From the IMG/VR virus record IMGVR_UViG_3300030330_004210, positions 32,001 to 96,000 of that record: 64,000 nucleotides of DNA. One strand, 5' to 3'. Shown here piece after piece: positions 1 to 9,940 of the stretch. The notes under the pieces are model-generated. The model was given only the letters and a program-made list of their open reading frames with translations, made no database searches and had not been told where the DNA came from. How positions within the stretch are numbered: the stretch's first letter is position 1; each line of letters opens with the position of its first letter. The DNA is from a virus (Duplodnaviria; Caudoviricetes). The translations under genes and the position numbers were made by a program.

Positions 1-691
1 ATGTCCTAAGCTCTGCTCCGTTGAAATCAAAACTGACGAAGTAATCGTTCGTTGGTTGAATAACCTTCCTCATTTCCTTAGAGAGGGTAAGAATTGGAAA
101 ACTGTTCTTCTTTGTGGTCAAGCGACCCGTCTTTGTTCCGAAGATATTGTACTTGCAATATGGATTGACGCGCTTCAGTTTCTTGACCTGCTCTCGAACT
201 GCTCTCTTGTGCATCTGGTGTCTCATGCTAGACCAACTCAAGTTTACTTTTTGGTGACCTATCTTGTGTGCTAGCTTTGCCGTAGCCAGAAGGTGGTCGT
301 AGTTTTTTGGCTTTGGGTAATTTTCGAATACAAAGTTACAAATCTGATCCTTCATGTAACAGTAGTCAACCAAAAACCTCTCGGGCACCATATCGTAAAA
401 GCACACGTCATCCAGAGAAATTTTAGCTTCGATGATCGAACGCATATAGGCTTGAAGCCTATCGTTCACATAGTTCCAGTCGTCTCGCAAGTGGTCAGGA
501 CAAGCACGGTCCAAAGGGATCCCGCAATACAAATTAGCATATTCAACGTCATGTCCCTCCAAGTAAGCGGCGTATGACCATGTGCGGAGTTCTGCAAGCT
601 CGTTAAGTGCGTCGTCCTCGCCAAATAGTAATACTCCATCCTTGTAAACCCCCACACATTCCTGCTTGCTATCTAGAGTTTGAAAAAGCAT
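1..691 (-). CDS. Family A DNA polymerase-like protein, 5' part (runs off the left edge; not in ORF track)
   Basis: Hand translation from the ATG at 689-691 is open to base 1: MLFQTLDSKQECVGVY...YNIFGTKTGRLTTKKNSFPIL...YFVSFDFNGAELRT. TGRL and DFNGAELR resemble the PolA TGRLS motif and motif A (DYSQIELR). Confidence 0.75.
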   Translation of the reverse strand, partial: MLFQTLDSKQECVGVYKDGVLLFGEDDALNELAELRTWSYAAYLEGHDVEYANLYCGIPLDRACPDHLRDDWNYVNDRLQAYMRSIIEAKISLDDVCFYDMVPERFLVDYCYMKDQICNFVFENYPKPKNYDHLLATAKLAHKIGHQKVNLSWSSMRHQMHKRAVREQVKKLKRVNPYCKYNIFGTKTGRLTTKKNSFPILTLSKEMRKVIQPTNDYFVSFDFNGAELRT

Positions 692-698
692 TCAGCCC

Positions 699-2009
699 TC
701 AATATACGATAAGATTCTCTGATTGTGCCGCTAGTTCGACAACCTTGGTTTTTTCCTTGGAGGATAGACCGCGCTCAACAAGAGAGTCTGCGAGGCTATC
801 GTAGGCAAAAGACCTTGGCACACTCGTGAGTCCACCAAACTTATAGTTAATATACTCCATTGCCTTCTCCATGTCAACCGCTTTTTCTAAATCAATCGCA
901 TTTTTTATGATCTTGTCAAGCTCAGCCTTTTCATAATTGATGGAACTTTCCAAGTTTCTAAAAGTAATATAGAGGGAAATCCAATAGCTATTTGGATAGA
1001 TCTCATCCATAAATTCTCTAGACACTGACTCTCTTCTAACTGTCGTCGTTGTCTTACACATGCCTTTTCTTGTCTCAACAACTTCAAATCGCCTGCGTGC
1101 GGCGAAGGCATTGTAAAAGTTAAGCATGGTATTCTTCATCAACTCGATATCAAGATCGGTCGCATGATCGTAGTATTCTTCGAAAAGAGAATCCAAGCCA
1201 CTATATCCGGGGAATCTGTTGATAATATATTTTTCCATGGGAGAAGAGGTTAGGTTTGCTACAAATCTCCACGGAACATTTCTATCGATATAGAAGCCAT
1301 ATTCCTGAGCTATGTTTTTATAAAAATTAAGCCTCGGGTTATTCATAAAATCGTCTTCTTTTACAGTGTCGTCACCCGCATCTAAATTAGATATATCAAT
1401 TGCGAGACCAGTATTTAAAACAGACGCATTAGGAGTTAACATGGTATTTGACAGCGTGTAAGTTAGGCGACCATTTCCAAAATTGAACATAAAATAGTTG
1501 AAAGATGAAACAAAGTCTACAAAGTTTAATACTTTATCATAGTTCTGCTGCTTTTGCAAATATTTCTTCTCATACACCTGAAAAAACACCTTCATCTTTT
1601 CTCTGTATAGGTCGGATAAATTTTGATAACCCCTGTAAGGCTCAAAGGGTCCTATGTAGACCTCCTCTGACCCGTCCGCATTCTCTAGCGGAAGACACCC
1701 CTCGTTAATCTTGTTATCAGCCGTCTCCTTGAGATGCTGCCAAGCATCGGTCACAAAATCCAAGGCGTACAAGCCAGTGTTTCTTGATGCTTTTAAATTT
1801 CGAAGGCGATTGCGCTTTGGCAAGATTATTCTCTGTTGTGTGTCTAGTCTGCCATAATAAGAGTCGTCGTTTTGCCAAAAATCTTTTATGGCTTCATTGC
1901 CATAGACAGATCCGGGCTTTACCTCGAAGGCTTCTAGCTTATAGACTGTTCTTTCTTCAAATAAGTCTCTACTATTTTTTTTATTTGTAGCAAAAAATTT
2001 ATCTGCCAT
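699..2009 (-). CDS. Hypothetical protein (about 436 aa), last gene of the baseplate-hub operon
   Basis: Long ORF abutting the hub gene. Likely start MADKFF at 2009 after GGGGGA (track start 2030). No motif recognised. Confidence 0.6.
   Translation of the reverse strand: MADKFFATNKKNSRDLFEERTVYKLEAFEVKPGSVYGNEAIKDFWQNDDSYYGRLDTQQRIILPKRNRLRNLKASRNTGLYALDFVTDAWQHLKETADNKINEGCLPLENADGSEEVYIGPFEPYRGYQNLSDLYREKMKVFFQVYEKKYLQKQQNYDKVLNFVDFVSSFNYFMFNFGNGRLTYTLSNTMLTPNASVLNTGLAIDISNLDAGDDTVKEDDFMNNPRLNFYKNIAQEYGFYIDRNVPWRFVANLTSSPMEKYIINRFPGYSGLDSLFEEYYDHATDLDIELMKNTMLNFYNAFAARRRFEVVETRKGMCKTTTTVRRESVSREFMDEIYPNSYWISLYITFRNLESSINYEKAELDKIIKNAIDLEKAVDMEKAMEYINYKFGGLTSVPRSFAYDSLADSLVERGLSSKEKTKVVELAAQSENLIVY
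849..877 (-). promoter_or_regulatory. Sigma70-type promoter inside the upstream CDS, ahead of the PolA-like gene
   Basis: Minus strand reads TTGACA-17 nt-TATATT, about 160 nt upstream of the PolA-like start. Confidence 0.6.
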
Positions 2010-2026
2010 CTCGCGTTCCCCCAAAA

Positions 2027-4687
2027 TCAATCTTCATCGTCTTGGCATCTTCTAGTCTTACCTTGCACGCCTACACGCTCACCATAATTGGCTCCGCTGT
2101 TATCGTGTCGGGCTTCAATTCTAATCTCATAAAGACCATCTTCTAGAATTCCTTCTACAGAGATTATTATGTGATATCCGCCCAGTCCCATCAGATTAGC
2201 CACACTCCTTCCAAGGTGACTTCCCTCCTCCGTTGGTCCTGCATCAGGACTCCCGAGCCTATAAGCTGTATTTCTACTCTTGCTCAAGCCGTATGGAGTA
2301 ATCCATACATACTGACCGGGATAAAAAAACGGTGCCCCAAAAGCTCTTATATCAGCGTTATATACGTTCGATAGCTGAACAAAGGGGTCACCCCCCTTCT
2401 CAAGGTATCTACTTTCTCTAAGGTAAGGCTGGTCTGTTTTAGAAAAGTTGGCTTCCTTGAGTATACCCCTGTCCTCTCCAAACCCAAAATGATGTATGTT
2501 CAGTACTTCCCTGTTGTAGGCACGACGAGAAGTATAGCCAGCCTCAAGCATTTTTTGATGTTGAAATTTTGTTTTCTGTGTGCCCTCCATAAAAATAAAC
2601 ATGTAGTGATACATGTCACCAGTGCTCACGTCATGTCTTAGCTCTATTTTATCTTGGCTGCTTTCTAAAAATTCGTCTAAATTAATCTGAGCATCTGACC
2701 CGCTATAGCCCTGCTGCGCGGCAGCTTCTAAAATTGGATCTTGACCATTAGTTTTTGATGGAATGCTCAAAAAAGCCGTTTTAAAACCATAATTAAACCT
2801 GCTCTTCCCACCATTGTAATATACAGAATTAAGTGATCCTATTAGTAACTCCCTTACTACATCATTAATAAACTGCTGAAGGGGATAAGTGTCTCTTCTT
2901 GTTTTTACTACTTTTTTATACCAAAAATTTCGAAAAGTCGTCCAAGCAATTGGGACGTTAGCAATAGAATAAGATCCATCCGAAAATTCACAATTCCCAA
3001 GCAAAACCTTGACCCTATCTAAATCCGCTTGTGTGATCCCATCTCTCGTCCCTTCCCCTGATGGCTTTTTAGCTCTCCCGATTAAATAATCAAGCAAATC
3101 TCCAAATAAAAAATACGGCACATAATTACCCGGAACCTCTGATTCTCCGTGCCTGCCTTTAACCGTTCTGCCCGTCATCTTGCGTGGTAGATCAATAGCT
3201 TGTTCCCATTTTTGTATTCTTGCGTCTGCTTCTATTGATTCAGTGCTCCAGAGTGCCGGGTTTGCAATGCCGGTTTGGACAAATTGGTCAAAATCTATAG
3301 TCTCTTCATCGACTGTTTCTAAGGCAGGGGTGCTATCCCACAGACTGCCCCCTGTGCCACGGGAGGGCGACCACGGATCTCTACCAGTAGAATCAACTGA
3401 GTTAGGAGTGTTAGCCCAAGCATTTAACGTAACGGCACTAAAAAATTCAGAATATATCCTTTTTTTCTCTGCCATATAAAATGCCATTTTCACAAAAGAT
3501 TGACTTCTTATTTCATCAAAAAACCTGTTAAGCCTGTCTTGTATAAACTTTACCGCTTCGTGATCGCACGAATATTTAGCAGCCTCTAGATCCATTTTTA
3601 ATTGGGATACTATTTGTGGCACTGTTCCGTCAAATATTCTTGAAAGCCCTGTTTGGTCAAGCCATGCTCTCCCCGAAGGTTGCCACCCATATTCGTCAAT
3701 TATTGCATCTAGTCTCAATATATCTAACTGTGGGGAGTCAAGAATAGCTCCCAACCTTGCTCTGTAGTTAAGCTCTAGAGAAAATGTACCGTCTTGCCCA
3801 AAGGAAAAATCATGATCTATCAAAGTCAGAAAAAAAGCCTGACTACAATTTCTAATAGCCTCCTTCTGCTCAAAAGATAGAGTGCTGTTTCCGCTTGGCA
3901 CAGCCCACCCAACCACTACTTTAATCTCAAACTCTATTGGTCCTAAATATTCATTGCGCTGAGGAGCGGCGACAAAATCTGTAACCATGCCTTGGTATTC
4001 TAAAGCTTCAGAAGTTTGCCGCCGTTCATCGTTAACAATTTCTGTTGCATAAGCTGCTGTTCTCCGTGCAATTGGTGAAGTAGTCCCCACGGGCGGCGGC
4101 GTATTTCCTTGCGCCATCAGCTTCCTAGACCTTTCAAACAAATCTAGAAAAGAATATTTTGTTTCGCCATCGGGTGCAAAGCGGTCGCGAAGAAGCTCCG
4201 AGAAGTTTTGGAAATAAAGCGTCAACTTTGCTTGAATATCATTTCGAACAGTGGCAGGGTTTGATCCAACATATTTATATTGGAAATTTTTGATTCCAAC
4301 TCCTTGATCTGTGGTGTCACTTAATAATATGTCTGTGTTGATCTTGCTCGGGATCACAAACTCTATCTCCTTCCCCAAGGAGCCATCTTTATTGTATAGC
4401 TGTTTATAAATTCTTATTTGCGGCACCAGTTGAGATATCTGGTCTGGTGTTAAATCCATAAACTCAAAAGCTCCCGGCACCCATGTTAACTTGTTCATCA
4501 TGGCTGTATCGTTAACCTTTTTACCATATTTCTGTGCCTGTAGTGTCAGCCAGTGTTTTGGATTATACGGTACTATGTTTGCTGCATAAAGTGAGGAATA
4601 TACTTTTACAAGCAGTGCTTGCTCAATGGCAAACTGTGCTGAAGCTTCAGCTTGGTTGAAAAGAGTAGTCGCTGGTTTTCCAGACAT
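2027..4687 (-). CDS. Putative baseplate hub protein (gp27/gpD-like position)
   Basis: 886 aa, following tape measure, tube initiator and LysM genes. The C-terminus YNADIRAFGAPFFYPGQYVWI...GGYHIIISVEG resembles the hub end motif (G.P...PG...G.Y.I..V). Confidence 0.55.
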   Translation of the reverse strand: MSGKPATTLFNQAEASAQFAIEQALLVKVYSSLYAANIVPYNPKHWLTLQAQKYGKKVNDTAMMNKLTWVPGAFEFMDLTPDQISQLVPQIRIYKQLYNKDGSLGKEIEFVIPSKINTDILLSDTTDQGVGIKNFQYKYVGSNPATVRNDIQAKLTLYFQNFSELLRDRFAPDGETKYSFLDLFERSRKLMAQGNTPPPVGTTSPIARRTAAYATEIVNDERRQTSEALEYQGMVTDFVAAPQRNEYLGPIEFEIKVVVGWAVPSGNSTLSFEQKEAIRNCSQAFFLTLIDHDFSFGQDGTFSLELNYRARLGAILDSPQLDILRLDAIIDEYGWQPSGRAWLDQTGLSRIFDGTVPQIVSQLKMDLEAAKYSCDHEAVKFIQDRLNRFFDEIRSQSFVKMAFYMAEKKRIYSEFFSAVTLNAWANTPNSVDSTGRDPWSPSRGTGGSLWDSTPALETVDEETIDFDQFVQTGIANPALWSTESIEADARIQKWEQAIDLPRKMTGRTVKGRHGESEVPGNYVPYFLFGDLLDYLIGRAKKPSGEGTRDGITQADLDRVKVLLGNCEFSDGSYSIANVPIAWTTFRNFWYKKVVKTRRDTYPLQQFINDVVRELLIGSLNSVYYNGGKSRFNYGFKTAFLSIPSKTNGQDPILEAAAQQGYSGSDAQINLDEFLESSQDKIELRHDVSTGDMYHYMFIFMEGTQKTKFQHQKMLEAGYTSRRAYNREVLNIHHFGFGEDRGILKEANFSKTDQPYLRESRYLEKGGDPFVQLSNVYNADIRAFGAPFFYPGQYVWITPYGLSKSRNTAYRLGSPDAGPTEEGSHLGRSVANLMGLGGYHIIISVEGILEDGLYEIRIEARHDNSGANYGERVGVQGKTRRCQDDED

Positions 4688-4690
4688 TTA

Positions 4691-5029
4691 CTATATCTCC
4701 ATAAACTCTAAGATACGCTCTAGGGGCATTGGGATACGAATAGTGTCACCCACCTTTGCGAGAGCATCTGTTGGCTTTCTATTATACCAAGCAAGAACCC
4801 ACCAATACCTTGGGTCTCCATAATAAACCTCTGCTAGTTTCTGAAACGAGTCGCCGATCTTCCAAATATGCTTTTCTCTCATTAGTTGCGAACGCATTTC
4901 TGGTGTTATGTTTGGAAGCTCTGGGGTTGTGTATTGAACGACCCTTTTAACACCACGGTCTTCAAGGACATTTTCATAAAGTTCTTCTTGGTTTGTCCTT
5001 CGTGCTCGTCTTTGGTATCTTTGTGGCAT
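4691..5029 (-). CDS. LysM-domain baseplate wedge protein (gp53/gpX-like)
   Basis: HIWKIGDSFQKLAEVYYGDPRYWWVLAWYN...VGDTIRIP is a typical phage LysM signature. Confidence 0.85.
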   Translation of the reverse strand: MPQRYQRRARRTNQEELYENVLEDRGVKRVVQYTTPELPNITPEMRSQLMREKHIWKIGDSFQKLAEVYYGDPRYWWVLAWYNRKPTDALAKVGDTIRIPMPLERILEFMEI

Positions 5030-5985
5030 TATTCTACTACCTCAGATTCATCAGCTTGTGCGTCTGGGTTATCATCGCCTTGAGCCAGATTGTTGATTCC
5101 AAGAGATGCGTCACCAATTGCTGAAAATCTAGCCGTATCGGGGTTATTTTGAAAATCTCCTCCACCTGTGAAGAAATTATCCTGATCAGTTCCACTAGGT
5201 ATCTGATATGGAAAGAAGCCGTCATTTGCTTTATCAATCCACTCTTTATCGTCACCCCAGCCAAGTTGTCTTTCGTGAAGAACGGTAAAGTCACAGCTTA
5301 ACTTTATAACTTTTGGAGCAATTGACGGCTCAAATCCGGCTCCAACAAACTCCATGTAACTCTCGGGTGCAGAAAATGGATCTGCACCGGATGGTAACCC
5401 CGGAGCGCGAAGCCCACCATCAAAAAAGCCAGCTTCTATATCAGGCGCAAAGGACATACCACCCAAGTAGCCCAAAAGACCATTCTCGACAAGGCTGTCA
5501 CCTCTGCTTCTAGCTATCATGTTTGCAAATTTCATTCTAATGATTGGTGCTTGTGAGATAGAGTTTGCATTATCGTTCATTGAGTAATTTGGGTATAAGA
5601 ACTTTAAAAGACCTTGGCACTTGACCAAGTTCATGTATCCTGAATTGTACGAGTCAGCGGGTATGTCCCATCCAACACTTATCCTTCTGCCTGTTCTCTG
5701 AAATGTTGGAATAGGGTCCATCCTACCGTACACATTTTCTTCGTTCCATTCTGATGTGAACTGGTCGGAGAAGTCTGTTACAAAAGCCATAAAGTATGTT
5801 GTTTTCCCACTTGGAACGTGAAGAAAGCCTAATTGCGTTGCGCTACCCCTACTTGAATAACTAAGGGCTGGGTCTTGATAAGCTGGAGTTGTTCCGAAGT
5901 TAAAGACGCCTTGCGCTCCCGTTTCCTCTTTCGGGACACCAAGTGCTTCCTCTTCTTTGCTTTTCTTCTTGCCAAACAAGCCCAT
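5029..5985 (-). CDS. Tail tube initiator / baseplate tube protein (gp48/gp54/P2 gpU-like)
   Basis: FSDQFTSEWNEENVYGRMDPIPTFQRTGRRISVGW tube-like motif; sits between tape measure and LysM genes. Confidence 0.65.
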   Translation of the reverse strand: MGLFGKKKSKEEEALGVPKEETGAQGVFNFGTTPAYQDPALSYSSRGSATQLGFLHVPSGKTTYFMAFVTDFSDQFTSEWNEENVYGRMDPIPTFQRTGRRISVGWDIPADSYNSGYMNLVKCQGLLKFLYPNYSMNDNANSISQAPIIRMKFANMIARSRGDSLVENGLLGYLGGMSFAPDIEAGFFDGGLRAPGLPSGADPFSAPESYMEFVGAGFEPSIAPKVIKLSCDFTVLHERQLGWGDDKEWIDKANDGFFPYQIPSGTDQDNFFTGGGDFQNNPDTARFSAIGDASLGINNLAQGDDNPDAQADESEVVE

Positions 5986-6029
5986 AAGTCTTTTCTCCTG
6001 TTATAAATAGGGGAATACACAAGTTTTAA

Positions 6030-8405
6030 CTACAGCCTACCTCTAGGTGTTTTTGCGCCGGGTGTAACGTCGCCTATCTTAATATAGCGACTATCACCCT
6101 CTTTCTGAACAATCGCTTTAAGGAATTCGCTTACTTCTCCCTCGATTCTAACATTGACATTGGTGGTGCCACCATCGTCACCGCCGCCGCCAACAGCAGC
6201 AGCAGTGGCAGCGAATACCGCAGCCGCAGGCGTCATACCAACAGCAGCGGTTGCCGTCATGGCTGTGGTGTAGGTTACCATCTTTGGAATGCTTAGGTTC
6301 TCAAAGATCTCTCCAATAATCATAAGGTCGTCTGCCGTGTTAGCTAGATCACCAATTGATGAGATGAGCATAGCCATGCCTGCTGCTGCAACGCCGATTC
6401 CTGCCCCTATCAGGGCAACAGCACCGCCAATTGATAGTATAACACCTATAGCCGCTCCAGTCAGTGCTGCTTGAGGACCTGCGACAAGCCCAATAAGCAT
6501 TGATATAAAGACGCCAAAAGCGACACTAAACGCAACAATTCCAGCCGTTGCTGCAAGTAGTTGCTCACCGGAGAGATCTGCGAATGCTTTAACAAATTGT
6601 GCCATGCCAAGAGCAGCTATGGAAATGCCTCCTCCAATTAACAATATAGCGCCACCAATAGCCATTAGTGATGGACCAGCACCTTTGGAATTTTCAGACA
6701 TTTCTTTTACGACATCACCAAACTTTTCAATTGATTCGTCCGACATGTTGTCAAGAGTTTCAGATAGTTTTTCTAGGCTCTCCCCTACGCTCTTAATTGG
6801 GGAGACAACAGTTTCGATGCCTTTTCTCACCAGCTTAAATGTTACAACCGAAGTAATCGCAAAAACTGCAAGGGTTGACAACATTGTGCCAGTTGGTCCA
6901 AGAAATTCGGCGATTTCCTGCATAATGTTTAGTGCGCCAGTAGCTACCTCGATTAAAGGTCTAAAGTTAGCCGTAAACGCAAGTCTTGTTGCCTCTAACT
7001 CATCTGCAAAGCTTTGTGTAAACTCTGTTGCTTCTTTCAGTTCTTCTAGCTGTTTTGCAGTTGCGGCTGAAGCTCCACCAAGACCGTCCATCTCCCCACT
7101 CATGAGAGCGGCAAGCTGACCAGCATCCTCAAGACCAGCAGCCGCAGCGACTGCACGCCTCATAGCCGGGTTCATGTCCTCAAAAGATAGACCCGCATCC
7201 AAAACAGCATTTCTAACTTCTTGCAGTGCTGCTGCTGGGTCTTCCAAGCTAAGGGTAACCATATCAATTGTGTTAAGGAAAGGACCGCCAAGAAGCGCAT
7301 TAAGCTTTCCTACATTGTCCGCTGCGCCCTCGAAAGTTGTAAACTGTTCTGTAATCGAGAGCAGGCTCTGCAACTCAATGCCAGTTTTCTTTGCTGCCTC
7401 ACGAAGATCTATAAAGGCATCGACCGCATTCTCTCCAAAGGAAGCAAAACTTGCCCCAGCGGCTGAAAAGTCTGCTGCCATTTGCTGGGGTGCGACACCC
7501 ATTGCCTGTGCTGCCGTAAGAAGTCTTCGGGATGTCTCTTCAGCCTCAAAGGCATTCATGTTGAGACTTGTGGTCATAATCTGTAGGTTTTGCGCGGATA
7601 CATCCGAGCTTACGCCCAACTCATTTAGCACAGAGACGGTGCCAGCAATAGCAGATTGCTGTGAAGCAGACATATCTGTAAACTTGGAAGTGGTCGTGAT
7701 TAAATTCTGATATGCCTCGAAGGCTTCCTCGACACTTACACCGGCATCCTGATTCGCCCGGACAGTTTTCATAATGGCGTCGTCGTATTTTTCGCCCATC
7801 CCCGTGGCTCTAGCGAAGCTAGCGGCTTGCTCGTCTATTGCTACACCAAGAGCAAACGAAGAGAGAATATAAGCCGCCATCATGTTCTCGTTGAGAGCCA
7901 TAACGTTTGTTGCCATTTGGCTAACAGTCATCTGCTCCTGAAGCTTGCCTACAACATCGGAAATGCCACCCGAGAGGGAACCAGCTTTTACGGTCGCCGC
8001 AGCCAAAGAGCCACCAAAAGTATCCATAAAATCTACGTTTCCGCCGACTATGGGTATCATGCCTGATAGTTGGATGGCTAGATTTTCTGCCGCATTGGCT
8101 ACCTTCTCTTCTTTCTCTTGAAGTTCAGTTAGTGCGTCACCATAAGCCTTGGACTTTCTAGTGGCTTTAGCAAGCTCTTTTCGGAGTTCGACTATTTTCT
8201 CAACGTTGCCGCTTGATGCTTCCTCAAATGCTATGGCTGCTTTCAGGGCTGCTTCTTGGGCATCGGCATAATTCGCTAACGTTTCAGCAGAAGCTTTGCG
8301 TTCATCGTTAAGGTTTTTTTCGTCCTCAACTAGCTGCTTTAGCCGTTCGGCTAGCTGCTCGCTTACTTCTTTTTGTCTTTCTAGCCTATCTAATCTATCA
8401 GACAT
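6030..8405 (-). CDS. Tail tape measure protein
   Basis: 791 aa, Ala/Gly-rich and helical, with an N-terminal coiled coil and C-terminal hydrophobic segments; canonical position after the chaperone genes. Confidence 0.8.
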   Translation of the reverse strand: MSDRLDRLERQKEVSEQLAERLKQLVEDEKNLNDERKASAETLANYADAQEAALKAAIAFEEASSGNVEKIVELRKELAKATRKSKAYGDALTELQEKEEKVANAAENLAIQLSGMIPIVGGNVDFMDTFGGSLAAATVKAGSLSGGISDVVGKLQEQMTVSQMATNVMALNENMMAAYILSSFALGVAIDEQAASFARATGMGEKYDDAIMKTVRANQDAGVSVEEAFEAYQNLITTTSKFTDMSASQQSAIAGTVSVLNELGVSSDVSAQNLQIMTTSLNMNAFEAEETSRRLLTAAQAMGVAPQQMAADFSAAGASFASFGENAVDAFIDLREAAKKTGIELQSLLSITEQFTTFEGAADNVGKLNALLGGPFLNTIDMVTLSLEDPAAALQEVRNAVLDAGLSFEDMNPAMRRAVAAAAGLEDAGQLAALMSGEMDGLGGASAATAKQLEELKEATEFTQSFADELEATRLAFTANFRPLIEVATGALNIMQEIAEFLGPTGTMLSTLAVFAITSVVTFKLVRKGIETVVSPIKSVGESLEKLSETLDNMSDESIEKFGDVVKEMSENSKGAGPSLMAIGGAILLIGGGISIAALGMAQFVKAFADLSGEQLLAATAGIVAFSVAFGVFISMLIGLVAGPQAALTGAAIGVILSIGGAVALIGAGIGVAAAGMAMLISSIGDLANTADDLMIIGEIFENLSIPKMVTYTTAMTATAAVGMTPAAAVFAATAAAVGGGGDDGGTTNVNVRIEGEVSEFLKAIVQKEGDSRYIKIGDVTPGAKTPRGRL

Positions 8406-8417
8406 TTACAGGGTTTC

Positions 8418-8768
8418 CTATTTGAACGGCCACTTAATGCCCGTAGTCCTTTCAAAAGCCTTAACAGCTTTGTTAAGCTTTGCCTTGTTGGAGGTGACCT
8501 TTGGATCGTCAAGTCCATGCTTTCTGACGGCTTCAATGTATTTCTTCTCGCCACCAAGAGCTTTGGCAAAAGCACTAACCTCTGCCCTTGTGCCTCGCAC
8601 CTTTATTGTAGTGGGGGCAAAAAAAGACTTCCCGCCCTGACCAAATATTCTATTCAGGATTAACTTGACCGAGTTACCGAAAGCTGCCAAAAAGGACTCA
8701 TTAAGTTGATTATTCCTCAATTCAGCAAAATCTACAACAATATTGTCTAGCTTGTCTTCATTCAGCAT
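8418..8768 (-). CDS. Hypothetical protein (116 aa)
   Basis: SD AAGGAG upstream, own late-type motif, two LNE motifs near the N-terminus. Confidence 0.7.
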   Translation of the reverse strand: MLNEDKLDNIVVDFAELRNNQLNESFLAAFGNSVKLILNRIFGQGGKSFFAPTTIKVRGTRAEVSAFAKALGGEKKYIEAVRKHGLDDPKVTSNKAKLNKAVKAFERTTGIKWPFK

Positions 8769-8800
8769 TTATAAGTCTCTCCTTCTAAGCCCCTCACCAT

Positions 8801-8810
8801 ATAAATAGTT
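8801..8810 (-). promoter_or_regulatory. Putative late promoter motif (AACTATTTAT)
   Basis: One of about 12 intergenic ACTAWTTA-type copies upstream of structural genes. Confidence 0.6.
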
Positions 8811-8814
8811 CGCC

Positions 8815-8848
8815 AACAAAGAAAGGTCGAAGCTTTCGCATTCGACCC
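8815..8848 (-). terminator. Rho-independent terminator after the chaperone genes
   Basis: Minus strand GGTCGAA(T)GC-GAAA-GCTTCGACC followed by TTTCTTTGTT. Confidence 0.7.
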
Positions 8849-9070
8849 TTACCTTGGGGGTGGTGATGGAGGCGATCCTCCACCTTTACTTTTCCCGGTT
8901 GCCTTTTCCATCTGTTCTTGTTCGTTTTTAAGCTGTTTTTCAAGCCTTTTCAAGAACCAGTAGCGAATCTGAACCGGAAGATTGTAAGCTTCGTAAAAAC
9001 TCCAGCCGCCATGGTACTTAAGCAAGAAAAACTGCTCATATACGCTCTCAATGTATTTATCACTGAGTCC
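8849..9070 (-). CDS. gp51-like hub/tail assembly chaperone domain, probably expressed as a frameshift extension of the upstream gene
   Basis: Frame GLSDKYIESVYEQFFLLKYHGGWSFYEAYNLPVQIRYWFLKRLEKQ...PPPR*. No ATG before the conserved part; the frame opens at the T7 run. Confidence 0.7.
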   Translation of the reverse strand, partial: GLSDKYIESVYEQFFLLKYHGGWSFYEAYNLPVQIRYWFLKRLEKQLKNEQEQMEKATGKSKGGGSPPSPPPR

Positions 9071-9911
9071 AAAAAAATTTGGCTGTCAAGGGCACCGCCA
9101 TTTCGGTTTCCGCACCGCATGACGAACAAACAAACTCTTGAGTAAGGTCTATATTCGGCATAACTTTGCGATATGCCTGACGAAGATACCTAGTATCTCT
9201 TGCTGGGGCGTTGGTAATGAACGATTCCCTGTATGCGCCATCCGTATTTCCGTTAACGGACACAATAAGACGACGCAACTGGTCGGTTGTGGACGTAGAG
9301 GGCAGCTTTTTAGCCTTTCTGTTGGCTGCAAGCTGTGTTAGATACTTCTCATCCACCCCATACATAGGTCTCATCTCTACCTGTGCTTTTAAAGACGGCG
9401 TTGTGATGACAAAAGTATTATTTTCTGTCTTCTCAATGTTAAAATCGCCATAATCCTGACCATCTTGAATTGTTGCCTTCTCTAAATCAAAAGTATATTC
9501 AGTGCGAGCACCACAAGAAGGGCAGCTAACGCCCACCTCATAGTCATTACCATACCCACTGATGCGGGCTGCAATGATGATAGCGTTCTTATCGCCAACA
9601 GCAAGCTCTTCTACCTTAATTCTCTTATCCAGAATGACACTTTGGATCATTCTGTCAATTGCAATGCCCTTCTTTAAAAGAGCCTCGGACGTTAGGATGT
9701 CCTCTTCCTTCGCTGTCATAAAGCGAATCTCGATTTGCTCACACCCGTGAAGAGGATGACCCTCTGGATACAGAGTACCCTTTGAGGGAAGATCCACAAA
9801 GGTTGTCGGCGTGGAGAAAGCCATCGCCGGGTTGGGTGGAGCTTCGCCAATTGGGGCATTCGACACTTGCGTGTGTGGAGCGCCCAAGCGATCTCCGTTA
9901 TTTCTAGCCAT
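9060..9911 (-). CDS. Baseplate hub / tail assembly chaperone (T4 gp26-like)
   Basis: VDLPSKG..YP, IRFMTAKEEDIL, two CxxC pairs (CPSC, CSSC), FFW C-terminus; directly follows the tail tube gene. Confidence 0.8.
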   Translation of the reverse strand: MARNNGDRLGAPHTQVSNAPIGEAPPNPAMAFSTPTTFVDLPSKGTLYPEGHPLHGCEQIEIRFMTAKEEDILTSEALLKKGIAIDRMIQSVILDKRIKVEELAVGDKNAIIIAARISGYGNDYEVGVSCPSCGARTEYTFDLEKATIQDGQDYGDFNIEKTENNTFVITTPSLKAQVEMRPMYGVDEKYLTQLAANRKAKKLPSTSTTDQLRRLIVSVNGNTDGAYRESFITNAPARDTRYLRQAYRKVMPNIDLTQEFVCSSCGAETEMAVPLTAKFFWTQ

Positions 9912-9940
9912 TTACACCTCTAGTAAAAATTTATATTCTC

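Noticed and set aside
466-657. 63-aa minus-strand track ORF
   Set aside because: It is an alternative frame inside the PolA-like gene.
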